This document shows positions 20,668-30,419 of a stretch of DNA of 32,000 nucleotides, piece by piece. This DNA is from Prevotella phage Lak-A1. The stretch is from sequence record MK250016.1; one strand, 5' to 3'. Under the pieces are notes generated by a model, which saw nothing but the letters and a program-made list of their open reading frames with translations, had not been told where the DNA came from and searched no databases. The position numbers and the translations under genes are program-made. How positions within the stretch are numbered: position 1 is the first letter of the stretch; each line of letters starts with the position of its first letter.

Positions 20668-20705
20668 AAAGAGACTTAGAATAATTCTTAATTCTAAGTC
20701 TCTTT
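20668..20705. terminator. Bidirectional terminator between convergent genes
   Basis: 15-bp perfect stem AAAGAGACTTAGAAT/ATTCTAAGTCTCTTT. Confidence 0.85.
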
Positions 20706-20722
20706 TACATTATAAAATATAT

Positions 20723-21580
20723 TTAATCTTCTTTCTTTCTACGTCCACCTCTATTAACACGTCTACGTCCGCGTGTAGGTTTTTCTTCTTCAATTACTGG
20801 TTCGACTTCTTTTAATTCAGGTTCTTCAACTGGTGATTCTGCAATAATTTCATGCGAATCTGTATCCATAAGTTTTGCAGTTGACCATGTATCATCATCT
20901 GAACCAAATGTTTCTATTAATTCATCTACAGCATTATCAGAATCTTCATTCTATTTTTCAAAAATATCATTAGATTCTATATTTAAATTTGAATCATCTA
21001 CATCATTTAATATAGAATCTACATCATCTGATGTTTCCACTGGTTCAATCTCATCAGGAATACTATCTACTAATGGCATACCATAACAAGACGACGTTTC
21101 TATTGATGAATCTTCATTTTTATCTGTATTATTTCCAATATTATCTGGAATTGGATTTGGTATATAATTTTCAGGTACTTTATGTATTAAATCACCTTCT
21201 ACAAATCCATCTCCATCTGTATCTATTGGAAATAAATGTGGATCATGACAATCACAATGATGATGTGGTGGACATGGTGGTATTGGTTGACAACAATGAT
21301 CATGTTTACAATGTTCACAATGACAATCACAATGATGTTTACAGTGTTCACACTCACAATCACAATCACAATGATGACAATCACAATAATGTTCACAGCA
21401 ATCACAATGATCACATTTACTGCATGAATCTGTAAATTCACAATCAACACAATGATGATGGTGATGACAATGATGACAATGGCAGAAACAATAAGTTCCA
21501 ACTGGTCTAATATTCATAATTTTATCACCTAAATTCCAATCATTCCAATTATCATATGATACTTTACTTGATGTTTGCAT
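20723..21580 (-). CDS. Cys/His-rich protein of unknown function, acidic middle and basic C-terminus, 285 aa
   Basis: Contains CFCHCHHCHHHHHCVDCEFTDSCSKCDHCDCCEHYCDCHHCDCDCECEHCKHHCDCHCEHCKHDHCC. The frame reads through one TAG at 20951 to a TAA, ending TRGRRRVNRGGRRKKED. Confidence 0.8.
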
Positions 21581-21611
21581 ATATCTATTTTATTATTAAT
21601 TAATTTTCATT

Positions 21612-22112
21612 TTATAGTGTTATTTCATCCTCAATTTCATCCTTTGAATCATCTTCAGGTTCTACAGGTCTAACATTAATAGTTCCATGAGGACCATGTG
21701 AACAACCGTTTTCATCAATAACTTCTTCAAACATCATAGGTTTACGATTTTTTGAATGGAATTTATGCCAATCTGGTCTATCATCATCATCAAATGGTGT
21801 CATAAGTCTTGTTGTTGCAATACCATATGGTTTATGCTAATTAAAGCAAGGCATATTCATATGACTATATCTATTAGGGTGACATGGATCACATATATTA
21901 CAACCATCTGCAGGACATGTATACATTGATGGATTCTTATGTTTAATAATAAACTGTGTTTTATGAGATCCACAAGGACGCATAATAGGTTCAGGACAAA
22001 CAGGAGGTCTCCAAGGTTTACTAACTTCTACAGAAGGCGTGTATTTGTTAACTTGCTATTCAAAATAACCAACCCATGCATCTGGGATATTACTTATATT
22101 TGTAGTTATCAT
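21612..22112 (-). CDS. Hypothetical protein with Cys cluster (TAG=Q at 2 codons), 166 aa
   Basis: MITTNISNIPDAWVGYFE[Q]QVNKYTP...MYTCPADGCNICDPCHPNRYSH...; continuous with track ORF 21612-21803. Confidence 0.7.
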
Positions 22113-22144
22113 TTGTTATATTAATTTATTTTTATTTTATTTGA

Positions 22145-23095
22145 TTATCTAAGATAATTTCTAAACTTCTTTAACATCGCCTTCCAATTAACTTGAGGAT
22201 TGTTTTTATTAGATGTTATCTTCAAAACATTTTTCTGAATTATCATTAGGAAATCAATTATATTATCTAATCTTTTAAATACAAGATTTGAACTGACGGT
22301 ATAAGATATACCATTATCTAATAATTTTATACCATTATTAGGATATTCTTTATTAATACGAGAAATAAGTTTCTATACTTTTTCAATACCAACTTCATTA
22401 TCCATTGGCCTCATTTTAATATTATTTTCAGGAAACAAATAATAAAAGTCTTCAAATGTTAAATGTAATGCAGAAAGTGGAATAGGTGCAAACATTCCCT
22501 TATTTGTATACTTATTATATGTTACTTTACCTAATATTGATTTTAAAAATTCTTGTCTTTGATCATATGCTTTACTTGCTTTCTTCTACTCTTTAGAATA
22601 ATTTTTTAATAACATATCCATTTGTTCAGTATTATTAAAATAATCTTCAAGCAAAACTTTTATTGAATTTACCATCCTATCTTTTCGCTTTAATTTATTA
22701 TATTTATCATTAAAGATAGTTTCATATAATTTTATAGCTACATCAAAACCATATGATTCATTAATATTTTTATTATATTTTAATGAATTATAATTTAATG
22801 TTAATTTATTTCGAGTTTTATTATCAATAACATAAACTAAATATGGGACTTGTGTGGTAGAACTAAATAAAATATTTGTAATTCTACCTGTATGATATTT
22901 CTAATCATCTATACATAAACCTTTTACATTATCGCCGATATTAAATTTACATTTATTATATTTCTTTGTCTTCACATCATTTCCTCTCTATTGTAAATTA
23001 AAAGATAAAGGCATGATTTTATATAAGAATCCATTATTTCTCGTACTACCATTAATATTATAATTTCTCTAAGATGGTTGATTTATTGGATTCAT
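22145..23095 (-). CDS. Hypothetical protein (TAG=Q at 5 codons), 316 aa; absent from ORF track
   Basis: MNPINQPS[Q]RNYNINGSTRNNGFLYKIMPLSFNLQ[Q]RGNDVKTKKYNKCKFNIGDNVKGLCIDD[Q]KYHTGRITNILFSS...; open over 951 nt only with TAG as sense. Confidence 0.72.
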
Positions 23096-23117
23096 AATTT
23101 ATAGTATATTAAAATTT

Positions 23118-23702
23118 TACTGCATATGCATTATTTACTCCACAAAGACCAGCATCAGGATTAGGTAATTTCTAATCTTGACCATAATCAGCAGTAGAGC
23201 ATTTATCTAATCTAAAAAGGTATACATACTTATGAATAACAGAAAGAAAACTACTTGTTAATGAACGAGCGCCTTCATATTCAATATCATCTACATGTAA
23301 TGTAAACCAATTTTGCACACATTGTTTTAATTCATTAATAATTTCAAGAGGATTATCACTAATAGGTAATTCAATTTTAGTAATATCAGAACCTTGTAAT
23401 ACTCCAATTATTGACTACACTACTTCAAATATATCTTCTTTATATTGTTGTAGTCTCCACATAAAATCTTGAATATGCATCTTATATTGATTATTAGGTG
23501 TTACACTTGCTAAATTATTAAATTTAGTATAAAACGCGATAATTTTTGTTAAATAAATAACATCATCACATTTCTATGGTTCACACTTTGAATCATCAAT
23601 AGTAGATTTAATTCCTGCTACATATTCTGTTTCTTCTGGTGTAATATTCTGTGTAATATATCTTACTGTATCTTTGTCCATTAACGGTAACATTGTTGGC
23701 AT
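23118..23702 (-). CDS. Hypothetical protein (TAG=Q at 3 codons), 194 aa; absent from ORF track
   Basis: MPTMLPLMDKDTVRYITQNITPEETEYVAGIKSTIDDSKCEP[Q]KCDDVIYLTKII...; ends TAA. Confidence 0.72.
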
Positions 23703-23856
23703 AATATAATATGTTTATTTTCATATTTATTCAACATTTATTTCTTGTTTCACAGACACGCTACTTTTTAGTATAGTTAAATAATTTAACTTCTTTCATC
23801 CATAGTTGGTATCTCCGCAAGCGTAAATTCGGGTATGTTCATCCCTATTTAATATC

Positions 23857-24987
23857 TTATATTAATATTTGTTTTAAACCATTATCTAATATATTTAATG
23901 ATGCATTATAATCTCTATCAATTTCTTTACCACAATGAGGACATATCCATTCACGTTCACTTAATTTTAAGTCTTTATAAATATAACCACAATTATGACA
24001 TGTTTTAGATGATGGATAGAATCTATCTATTATAATTAACTATCTTCCATACCATCTACATTTATATTCTAACTAACGTCTAAATTCATATAAAGATAAT
24101 TCTTGAATAGATTTTGCTAATTTATGATTAGACATCATACCTTTCACATTCAAATCTTCAATACAGATAATTTGGTTTTCATTAACTAATTTTGAAGTGA
24201 TTTGATGTAAATACGTATTACGTTGATTACTTATCTTTTCATGAACTTTTGCTAATTTAATTTTTAATTTATTTCTATTGTTACTTCCTTTTTGCTTTTT
24301 ACTTAATTGCCGTTGTAGTTTCTTTAATTTCTTTTCTTGATTTTTATAGAAATGCTTATTCTCATATCTATTTCTATTAGAATCTACAATAAAATCTTTA
24401 ATTCCTAAATCCAACCCTATTACTGTATCTAATTTTTCTTTCTAAATTATATTATAATCAATAAGAATCGATAAGTAATATTTGTTTGTAGATGTTTTAG
24501 TAAGAGTAACAGAATGAATATATTTTTCATTATGATTTAAATAGATTTCCTCTTTTCTTGAACATTTAAATAATATATTTGTTAACTATTTTATTAAAGT
24601 TATTCTATTACCATTAATTTTCTTCTTCCCTCTAAAAATTAAATTTGTAAATCTACAACTCTATTTTGTATCTTTTTTAGATTTAAATTTAGGATAACCT
24701 TTATGTAATTTAAAGAAATTATCATATGCTTTTAATAAATCCTGCATCGTTTGTGCTAAACACATTGCATATACATCATTAAGAAATAGATATTCATCTT
24801 GTTTCTTTAAATTAGTTAAATATTTACCTAACTAAGATAAAGATGTATTTTGCTTATATTCTTTATACTATGTTTTCTTATAATCTAATAATTTATTATA
24901 TATAAGTCTACAACAACCTAACTGTTTAGAAATAAAATCTTTCTAAACAGAATCAGGATATATTCTTATTTTAATTGCTTTTAACAT
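23857..24987 (-). mobile_element. tnpB: TnpB (IS200/IS605-family, IS1341-type) RNA-guided nuclease gene, TAG=Q at 8 codons, 376 aa
   Basis: MLKAIKIRIYPDSV[Q]KDFISKQLGCCRLIYNKLLDY...VIGLDLGIKDFIVDS...IICIEDLNVKGMM...[45 protein letters not shown]. RuvC Asp (GLDLGIKD), Glu (IEDLNVKGM), zinc ribbon and final DRD are all present. No adjacent tnpA seen. Confidence 0.92.
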
Positions 24988-25000
24988 AATATAATAAAAA

Positions 25001-25064
25001 ATCGTTTATATTTTTAATTTGTATAAAAATTGGCCGGTTAATACAAATTATTAATATAAACGAT
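25001..25064. repeat. Long imperfect inverted repeat upstream of tnpB
   Basis: ATCGTTTATATTTTTAATTTGTAT (25001-25024) and ATACAAATTATTAATATAAACGAT (25041-25064): 22 of 24 positions complementary, 16-nt apical segment. Confidence 0.85.
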
Positions 25065-25129
25065 CTATAAATATCTTTAATTATATAGTATATTCAAAAT
25101 TATAAAAATAGTCTAAATTAACCGGCCAA
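25030..25129. repeat. 13-nt perfect inverted repeat overlapping the hairpin loop
   Basis: TTGGCCGGTTAAT (25030-25042) and ATTAACCGGCCAA (25117-25129), GC-rich islands in AT-rich DNA. Confidence 0.85.
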
Positions 25130-25221
25130 AGTTTTTAAACATATTTCTTATATTATTTATCTAAATTATTTTAAAAATTATTGTAAATTAATAAATATTT
25201 TTATATTTATTTAAAATAAAA

Positions 25222-25256
25222 AAGAGACTTGTAAACTAAATACAAGTCTCTTTTAT
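25222..25256 (-). terminator. Terminator downstream of the minus-strand gene 25259-25756
   Basis: AAAAGAGACTTGTA/TACAAGTCTCTTTT 14-bp stem; in minus orientation the tail is T-rich. Confidence 0.8.
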
Positions 25257-25258
25257 TA

Positions 25259-25756
25259 TTAAATCTTTTTCTTCAAAATAGAATCTCTATATTTAACAGC
25301 CTCATCTTTTGTATAAAAAAGATTATTTGTTAATGCTCTCCATGAATCAGCTGCTGGATCTTTTCCAATATAAGATGATGAAGTCTGACCAGATGAATTA
25401 ATAAAATAATAGAATGTTACTGGTTTCAAACGATGATACCCAACTCTGGAAATCTCCTTATTTGCATATACCTCATGAAGGCTGCAGATACCAGTGATAT
25501 AATTAATATCTGTGATTCTATACAATCTTGTCTCATATAATACAATATCATCTATCTTAAAAGAAATATCTACACATTTCTTTACAAACTTTGAATTTGA
25601 AATATCAAAATCAGAAATTTGTACACCATTTGGAAATGATGCAACTTTAGTTATTGCATTATAAGTAAAGATTGTATCCTTTTTCAGATTACCGAATGGA
25701 AGATCAGCACTAAGGATATATTTCTTCTCTGTTGTCTTATTTTTCTTTGTATTCAT
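25259..25756 (-). CDS. Hypothetical protein
   Basis: 165-aa ORF, ATG to TAA. Confidence 0.75.
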   Translation of the reverse strand: MNTKKNKTTEKKYILSADLPFGNLKKDTIFTYNAITKVASFPNGVQISDFDISNSKFVKKCVDISFKIDDIVLYETRLYRITDINYITGICSLHEVYANKEISRVGYHRLKPVTFYYFINSSGQTSSSYIGKDPAADSWRALTNNLFYTKDEAVKYRDSILKKKI

Positions 25757-25828
25757 AATCTTTATTTTTTAATTGTTTATTATTTCATTAACAATACAAA
25801 GATACATATTTTATTTGAAATAAAAAAA

Positions 25829-27322
25829 TTAATTAGGTAATTTCATAGGTAATTGTATAGCAGATGGGATATTCCATGCATTTGCTTTAATACCATTTGA
25901 ATAACCAAATTTTATAATTCTATCATTTGCAATCTGCTCTTGTAATGATGATGATATATATCCATCTTTTGTTATATAATAAAGAAATGTTCTATTATCA
26001 GATATAACTACATCCTTTTTATTGGATATTGCTTTATTTAATTCACCAGGTTCAGATTGATTTGGAAATTCTCGTGATTTAGAAATTAGTAATTGTGGAT
26101 GTCCCGGATCACATATTTTCTTATAACCTGTATTTATATTAATTTCCATAAAATCATACATATATGGTAAATAAGACGGTAACCACAATTTCCAAGCAGC
26201 ATTTTCATTATTAAGCATAATAAAATCTTGTATCAATACAGATTTACCATCAGGTGATATGATCGATTTCAATGCTCTAACATTATTATTAATTATATCA
26301 GATTTACTATATGAATCAGGAAGTTCATTAAACCATTCTGGCACAATTTTTAATCTATCATACCTTGTACCTTCATACCTAAATGTATCTTTAACTATAA
26401 ATTTTCCATTTTCATCTTTATCAGATAAATCATATGAAATAGTATAAGGTGATTTATAATTATTTTTTATACATTCATGATCAGGTACAAATTTATCTAC
26501 AATATTTGTCAAATTATGCCAGAAATCAGATGAGTATGAAGATAAACTAAATCTATGTAAATAATCATTTACTGTTTCTTTTGAAAAATAATCTTGCTGT
26601 ATTTCTGCAATTATACTAGATACTGATTTAAATACAAAACAATCACTATAATCTCGATTGTTATCATTATCATTATTAGCTATATAATTATGACAATTAT
26701 ATAACCATGCATCTTCATCAACAGAAACAAATGCAAGTTTACTTACATATTTCTTATCAAACTCAGTGGATAATTTTACTTTACCAATATATACGACATT
26801 ACTATTACCTTTACATCTATATAACGTACCTGGTACTAAATCTTTTTCTTTAAATGAATTCTTAGTAAACATCTTTTCAGACATTTCATTTGATTCAATA
26901 TAATCTGTAGAATTTACAGGAAGCAGTACAAGTTCAGTACCATAATAACTATATACTAATTTACCTTTAATTTCTTTTTTATCAGTGTTACACCAATTTA
27001 ATATATACAGTAAATTATCTATTGATATTTCAATTTCAAATCCACGCGGATCAAATATACGTGCGAATGTCATACGTTGTGACCATCTTTCACCACCTAC
27101 TCGCTTATTTAATACAAACCCATCAATAGGTTCATTATCTATATATAACGGATCTATTTTCTGATCTCTCCATGAATTCCATGAAGCTTCTTTACGTAAT
27201 TTATTCATTGCATCATAATAAATTACATAACCAATTTTTCCTGTATATGTATCAGATCTTTTATTAAATCCAACTGCTAGTTTTTTAGGAATAAAAAAAC
27301 TATCTTCTTTTTTACCATTCAT
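25829..27322 (-). CDS. Hypothetical protein
   Basis: 497-aa uninterrupted ORF, ATG to TAA. Confidence 0.85.
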   Translation of the reverse strand: MNGKKEDSFFIPKKLAVGFNKRSDTYTGKIGYVIYYDAMNKLRKEASWNSWRDQKIDPLYIDNEPIDGFVLNKRVGGERWSQRMTFARIFDPRGFEIEISIDNLLYILNWCNTDKKEIKGKLVYSYYGTELVLLPVNSTDYIESNEMSEKMFTKNSFKEKDLVPGTLYRCKGNSNVVYIGKVKLSTEFDKKYVSKLAFVSVDEDAWLYNCHNYIANNDNDNNRDYSDCFVFKSVSSIIAEIQQDYFSKETVNDYLHRFSLSSYSSDFWHNLTNIVDKFVPDHECIKNNYKSPYTISYDLSDKDENGKFIVKDTFRYEGTRYDRLKIVPEWFNELPDSYSKSDIINNNVRALKSIISPDGKSVLIQDFIMLNNENAAWKLWLPSYLPYMYDFMEININTGYKKICDPGHPQLLISKSREFPNQSEPGELNKAISNKKDVVISDNRTFLYYITKDGYISSSLQEQIANDRIIKFGYSNGIKANAWNIPSAIQLPMKLPN

Positions 27323-27328
27323 ATCTAA

Positions 27329-27859
27329 TTAAATTTTATTCTGTTCTCGTAATCGGTCTAATTGCTTATATGGTGAATCTGTTGAATATGATGTACCATG
27401 CTTTTGGATTTTAAAGCATTTACAATCTAATGATGGTGTATATACATAATTTTTCTGTATACTTTTTTCTATATTATATAAATCGCAGTTACTTTCATAA
27501 ATTTGTCGTCTGCAAAATATAATGTCTGTTACAACAAATAATTTTGGCGATAATCCAAAATTATTTGGATACTTATCTAAATGTAAATACCATGGTTGAC
27601 CATAAAATGTTAATCGTTTAAAATCATCATACCATAAACCAGTATTTGTATCATAATTTGCATCAAATTCAGTTCTACATATTAACATTAAAAAATACCT
27701 ATCGTACTTATCAACCATAACAATGCCATTTGCAAAACGATATTCGGAATTGTTACTAGTACAACTTGTTAATACTTTACATTTAAATAACATCCCTGGA
27801 TGAATATCAATTTTTTTAATATCCGGTAATATCGTTTCTGTATAATTACTCATAATCAT
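27329..27859 (-). CDS. Hypothetical protein
   Basis: 176-aa ORF overlapping the start-proximal neighbour. Confidence 0.75.
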   Translation of the reverse strand: MIMSNYTETILPDIKKIDIHPGMLFKCKVLTSCTSNNSEYRFANGIVMVDKYDRYFLMLICRTEFDANYDTNTGLWYDDFKRLTFYGQPWYLHLDKYPNNFGLSPKLFVVTDIIFCRRQIYESNCDLYNIEKSIQKNYVYTPSLDCKCFKIQKHGTSYSTDSPYKQLDRLREQNKI

Positions 27860-28316
27860 ATTTAAATTCTCTAAGAAAAATAGGAGTTAATTCATACTTT
27901 TTCCATCCATATAATTTATATTGATTACATCGTTTTTTGTTATCTAATGTAGTAATAGGTCTATCATATATAGCAACAATTTCTAAATATTTTTTATCAA
28001 ACCCAAAGTTTAATGTTGTTATATCAAGATTATTAGGATTATAATGATGCCATATACTTTCTTTATTTACATCAATTATAAATGATCTACCCATTACAGG
28101 ATCTGTAACAGATGTAAAACATATAAGGGCTGCTCCATTTTTATCTGTATACTTACTTATTATAAAAGTCTCAAAAGAAAAGTATATATCATTAAATCTG
28201 CTAGATGTAAATTTTATAACAATAATAGATCCATTAGGTATATGACTTAATGTAAATGTACGTCCATCATGAATAGCTACATAACTATCAATAATTTTCC
28301 TATTTGTTTTTTCCAT
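27846..28316 (-). CDS. Hypothetical protein
   Basis: 156-aa ORF, TAA stop overlapping the next gene start. Confidence 0.75.
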   Translation of the reverse strand: MEKTNRKIIDSYVAIHDGRTFTLSHIPNGSIIVIKFTSSRFNDIYFSFETFIISKYTDKNGAALICFTSVTDPVMGRSFIIDVNKESIWHHYNPNNLDITTLNFGFDKKYLEIVAIYDRPITTLDNKKRCNQYKLYGWKKYELTPIFLREFKYDYE

Positions 28317-28524
28317 AATTTTATATATAAAAATAATGCAAAATATAACAAATTTAAATCCACATCATCTTATATTCACTTCAATCCATGTTTCAATCTA
28401 TAGGGACATTTGTTACATTTTTGAACGCAACAGGTATGATAAACATCCGCACTTCAATCAGATCCTATAAAACTTCGACGATAAACGTTATATCTTGCAT
28501 TTATAACTATTCAACTTTTCATAA

Positions 28525-28593
28525 TATAGTTTAAAGGATTCGAACCTTTTTCTCTGCTCTCACAGTGTGTTGCCACATACACCATTAAACTAT
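28525..28593 (-). tRNA. tRNA-like element, atypical; isotype not assigned
   Basis: ATAGTTT/AAACTAT acceptor-like stem, T-arm AAAGG-TTCGAAT-CCTTT, and D-arm-like GTGT-ATGTGGCA-ACAC. I could not fold a clean anticodon arm. Confidence 0.4.
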
Positions 28594-28641
28594 ACATTAT
28601 AAATGTCATTGATATAGTTATATAAACATTAATTCTTAATA

Positions 28642-28745
28642 TTATTAAAGTCAGATTCGAACTGACACCTCAGCAAGGAGATAATACCACTATGGGGTAA
28701 CAGAGCATCCCAAGGCACTGACCAACAAATTATGCCTATTTAACA
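28642..28745 (-). tRNA. tRNA-like element, oversized; isotype not assigned
   Basis: TGTTAAA/TTTAATA acceptor-like stem, D-arm GGCA...TGCC, T-arm GTCAG-TTCGAAT-CTGAC. The 46-48 nt between D and T arms do not fold canonically by eye. Confidence 0.45.
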
Positions 28746-28804
28746 ACAAACTAATGTATTAATTAATAATTATATATTTTATATGTATATTACTACATAA
28801 AGTT

Positions 28805-29188
28805 TTAATGCTTCAAGTTAAATTTTTCAAATATAGGCAATAAATCATCACTGAAATCAGTAAATAACTTCTGATATGTTTCCCATGCATCCATGGGTTT
28901 ATCTGGTTTCGTAAATCTTGCAGATTCCCAATCGAGAATCGCCTCGTCAAAATGCATATGTTTTTTATATTTACGCAAATGATGTTTTGCAAATCTTGTA
29001 TGTATTTTTTGTATTATTTTAGTTCCTAAAAATGGGAAAAATATATACATAAAAATTTTATCCAAATCATGAAAAGGATATTTATAATAACCTATATATT
29101 TCTTTTCTAATTTCATTACCATAATATAATGTTTAAAACTATATGGTATATGTTTATATGATTTTTTTATATTTGTTATAATGTTCAT
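28805..29188 (-). CDS. Hypothetical protein
   Basis: 127-aa ORF, His/Asp-rich (FHDLDKIFMYIFFP...HTRFAKHHLRKYKKH). Confidence 0.7.
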   Translation of the reverse strand: MNIITNIKKSYKHIPYSFKHYIMVMKLEKKYIGYYKYPFHDLDKIFMYIFFPFLGTKIIQKIHTRFAKHHLRKYKKHMHFDEAILDWESARFTKPDKPMDAWETYQKLFTDFSDDLLPIFEKFNLKH

Positions 29189-29296
29189 TGTTAATTAAAT
29201 TATTAATTATTAAATTACTATATACAAAGATACATATTTTATTTAAAATAAAAAAGTCACCAATAGGAATTTGACTTCTTATTAGTGACTTTATTT

Positions 29297-29536
29297 TTAT
29301 TTCAAATATTTAAATATCTCGTGATATTTCTTTATATTTTCTTTAAAATGTTCAGTCGATATATTAGAATAATCTACATAATCACCTTCTACGTAATAAA
29401 GATTATCATCAGATGAAAAATGTTTAAATCCATATTTATTAGCTTCATTTAATGCTTCATCATCATCTTTTGCTTCAAATCTATGATGGAAAAAGTGTCC
29501 ATAATAATCTTCTAACTCTACTTCATATTTTCTCAT
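29297..29536 (-). CDS. Hypothetical protein
   Basis: 79-aa ORF, ATG to TAA. Confidence 0.65.
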   Translation of the reverse strand: MRKYEVELEDYYGHFFHHRFEAKDDDEALNEANKYGFKHFSSDDNLYYVEGDYVDYSNISTEHFKENIKKYHEIFKYLK

Positions 29537-29546
29537 AATGAAATTA

Positions 29547-30413
29547 TTATTGTGTAATCATTTTATAAAGTAAATTCCACTTTTCCAATACTTGATCTGA
29601 TGAACCTCCTGCACGCCATACATCTTTATCAAGACTTCCAAGATCATAATGTCTATATCGTCCGCAATCTGGTGAAATTTCACCATATACAGTCTTACCG
29701 TCTTCTGATATAAACAAACATAAGTCATATATTACAATATCTTTTTCTGCAAGAAAATCAGATAATACAGAAAATGTCATAGCTGCTGTTTTTCTTGCTT
29801 CTTTTACATCAATATAATAATCTGCTTGAGCATCACACATAACTTCATCTGCTAACATCTTATGTGTATCTGGTTCCCAAAATGGATTTCTCCAATCAAA
29901 ACGTACAATTGGTTCAGGATATGGTTCCATATCTTTAATTTCCATACCTGCATAATAAGGATGTGTTTTTCTTACGTGTGATTTACCCATACCAAAATAT
30001 CGGTGTTTACTTGTACCTGTATGATTTGCTTTAACTACAACTTCAATATTTGGTGCATCTTTAATTATACGAGCTAATACAAATTCATCGCCATAATCAA
30101 GATATGCATGTTTAATACCATGTTCTTTAAGCAATTCACATAATACTTTACTTACATGTACACGAGGAATATTACTACCTTCTACTATACCTGTTCTATT
30201 ATATGTAAATGAATAAATTGTAGGTTTAAAATAGATAATACAATATTCGTCATCTAATGCACGTATTTCTTTACTTTCACCTTCTACAACTAAAGGCATT
30301 TTTCTAAATGTTTCAAAATCAATAGAAAATAAGTCTTTAATATTCCATTTAGGATATAATACTGTTTTACAATATTCTATTGATTTCAAATCTTCTTCTT
30401 GTATCTTATTCAT
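29547..30413 (-). CDS. PurC/SAICAR synthetase-like ATP-dependent ligase
   Basis: SAICAR synthetase-like pattern LVVEGESKEIRAL...IPRVHVSKVLCELLKEHGIKHAYLD...LFISEDGKTVYGEISPDCGRYRHYDLGSLDKDVWR. Confidence 0.75.
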   Translation of the reverse strand: MNKIQEEDLKSIEYCKTVLYPKWNIKDLFSIDFETFRKMPLVVEGESKEIRALDDEYCIIYFKPTIYSFTYNRTGIVEGSNIPRVHVSKVLCELLKEHGIKHAYLDYGDEFVLARIIKDAPNIEVVVKANHTGTSKHRYFGMGKSHVRKTHPYYAGMEIKDMEPYPEPIVRFDWRNPFWEPDTHKMLADEVMCDAQADYYIDVKEARKTAAMTFSVLSDFLAEKDIVIYDLCLFISEDGKTVYGEISPDCGRYRHYDLGSLDKDVWRAGGSSDQVLEKWNLLYKMITQ

Positions 30414-30419
30414 AAATTA

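Noticed and set aside
21031-21501. ORFs 21031-21435, 21236-21427 (+) and 21223-21501 (-), rich in His/Asn/Asp or Val/Ile.
   Set aside because: They are alternative-frame readings of the repetitive Cys/His-rich coding sequence of 20723-21580.
24415-24987. Idea that tnpB is a truncated relic, because the track shows only a 113-aa ORF.
   Set aside because: With TAG as sense the gene is a full 376 aa from ATG to TAA, with N-terminal, RuvC and zinc-ribbon motifs intact.
28376-28475. Possible CRISPR-like repeat from recurring GATTGAA / CACTTCAATC words.
   Set aside because: Only two or three short, irregularly spaced copies and no uniform repeat-spacer pattern or nearby cas genes.
28525-28745. 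Assigning one of the tRNA-like elements as the amber suppressor tRNA.
   Set aside because: I could not place a CTA anticodon in a canonical 7-nt loop in either element, so no isotype is claimed.
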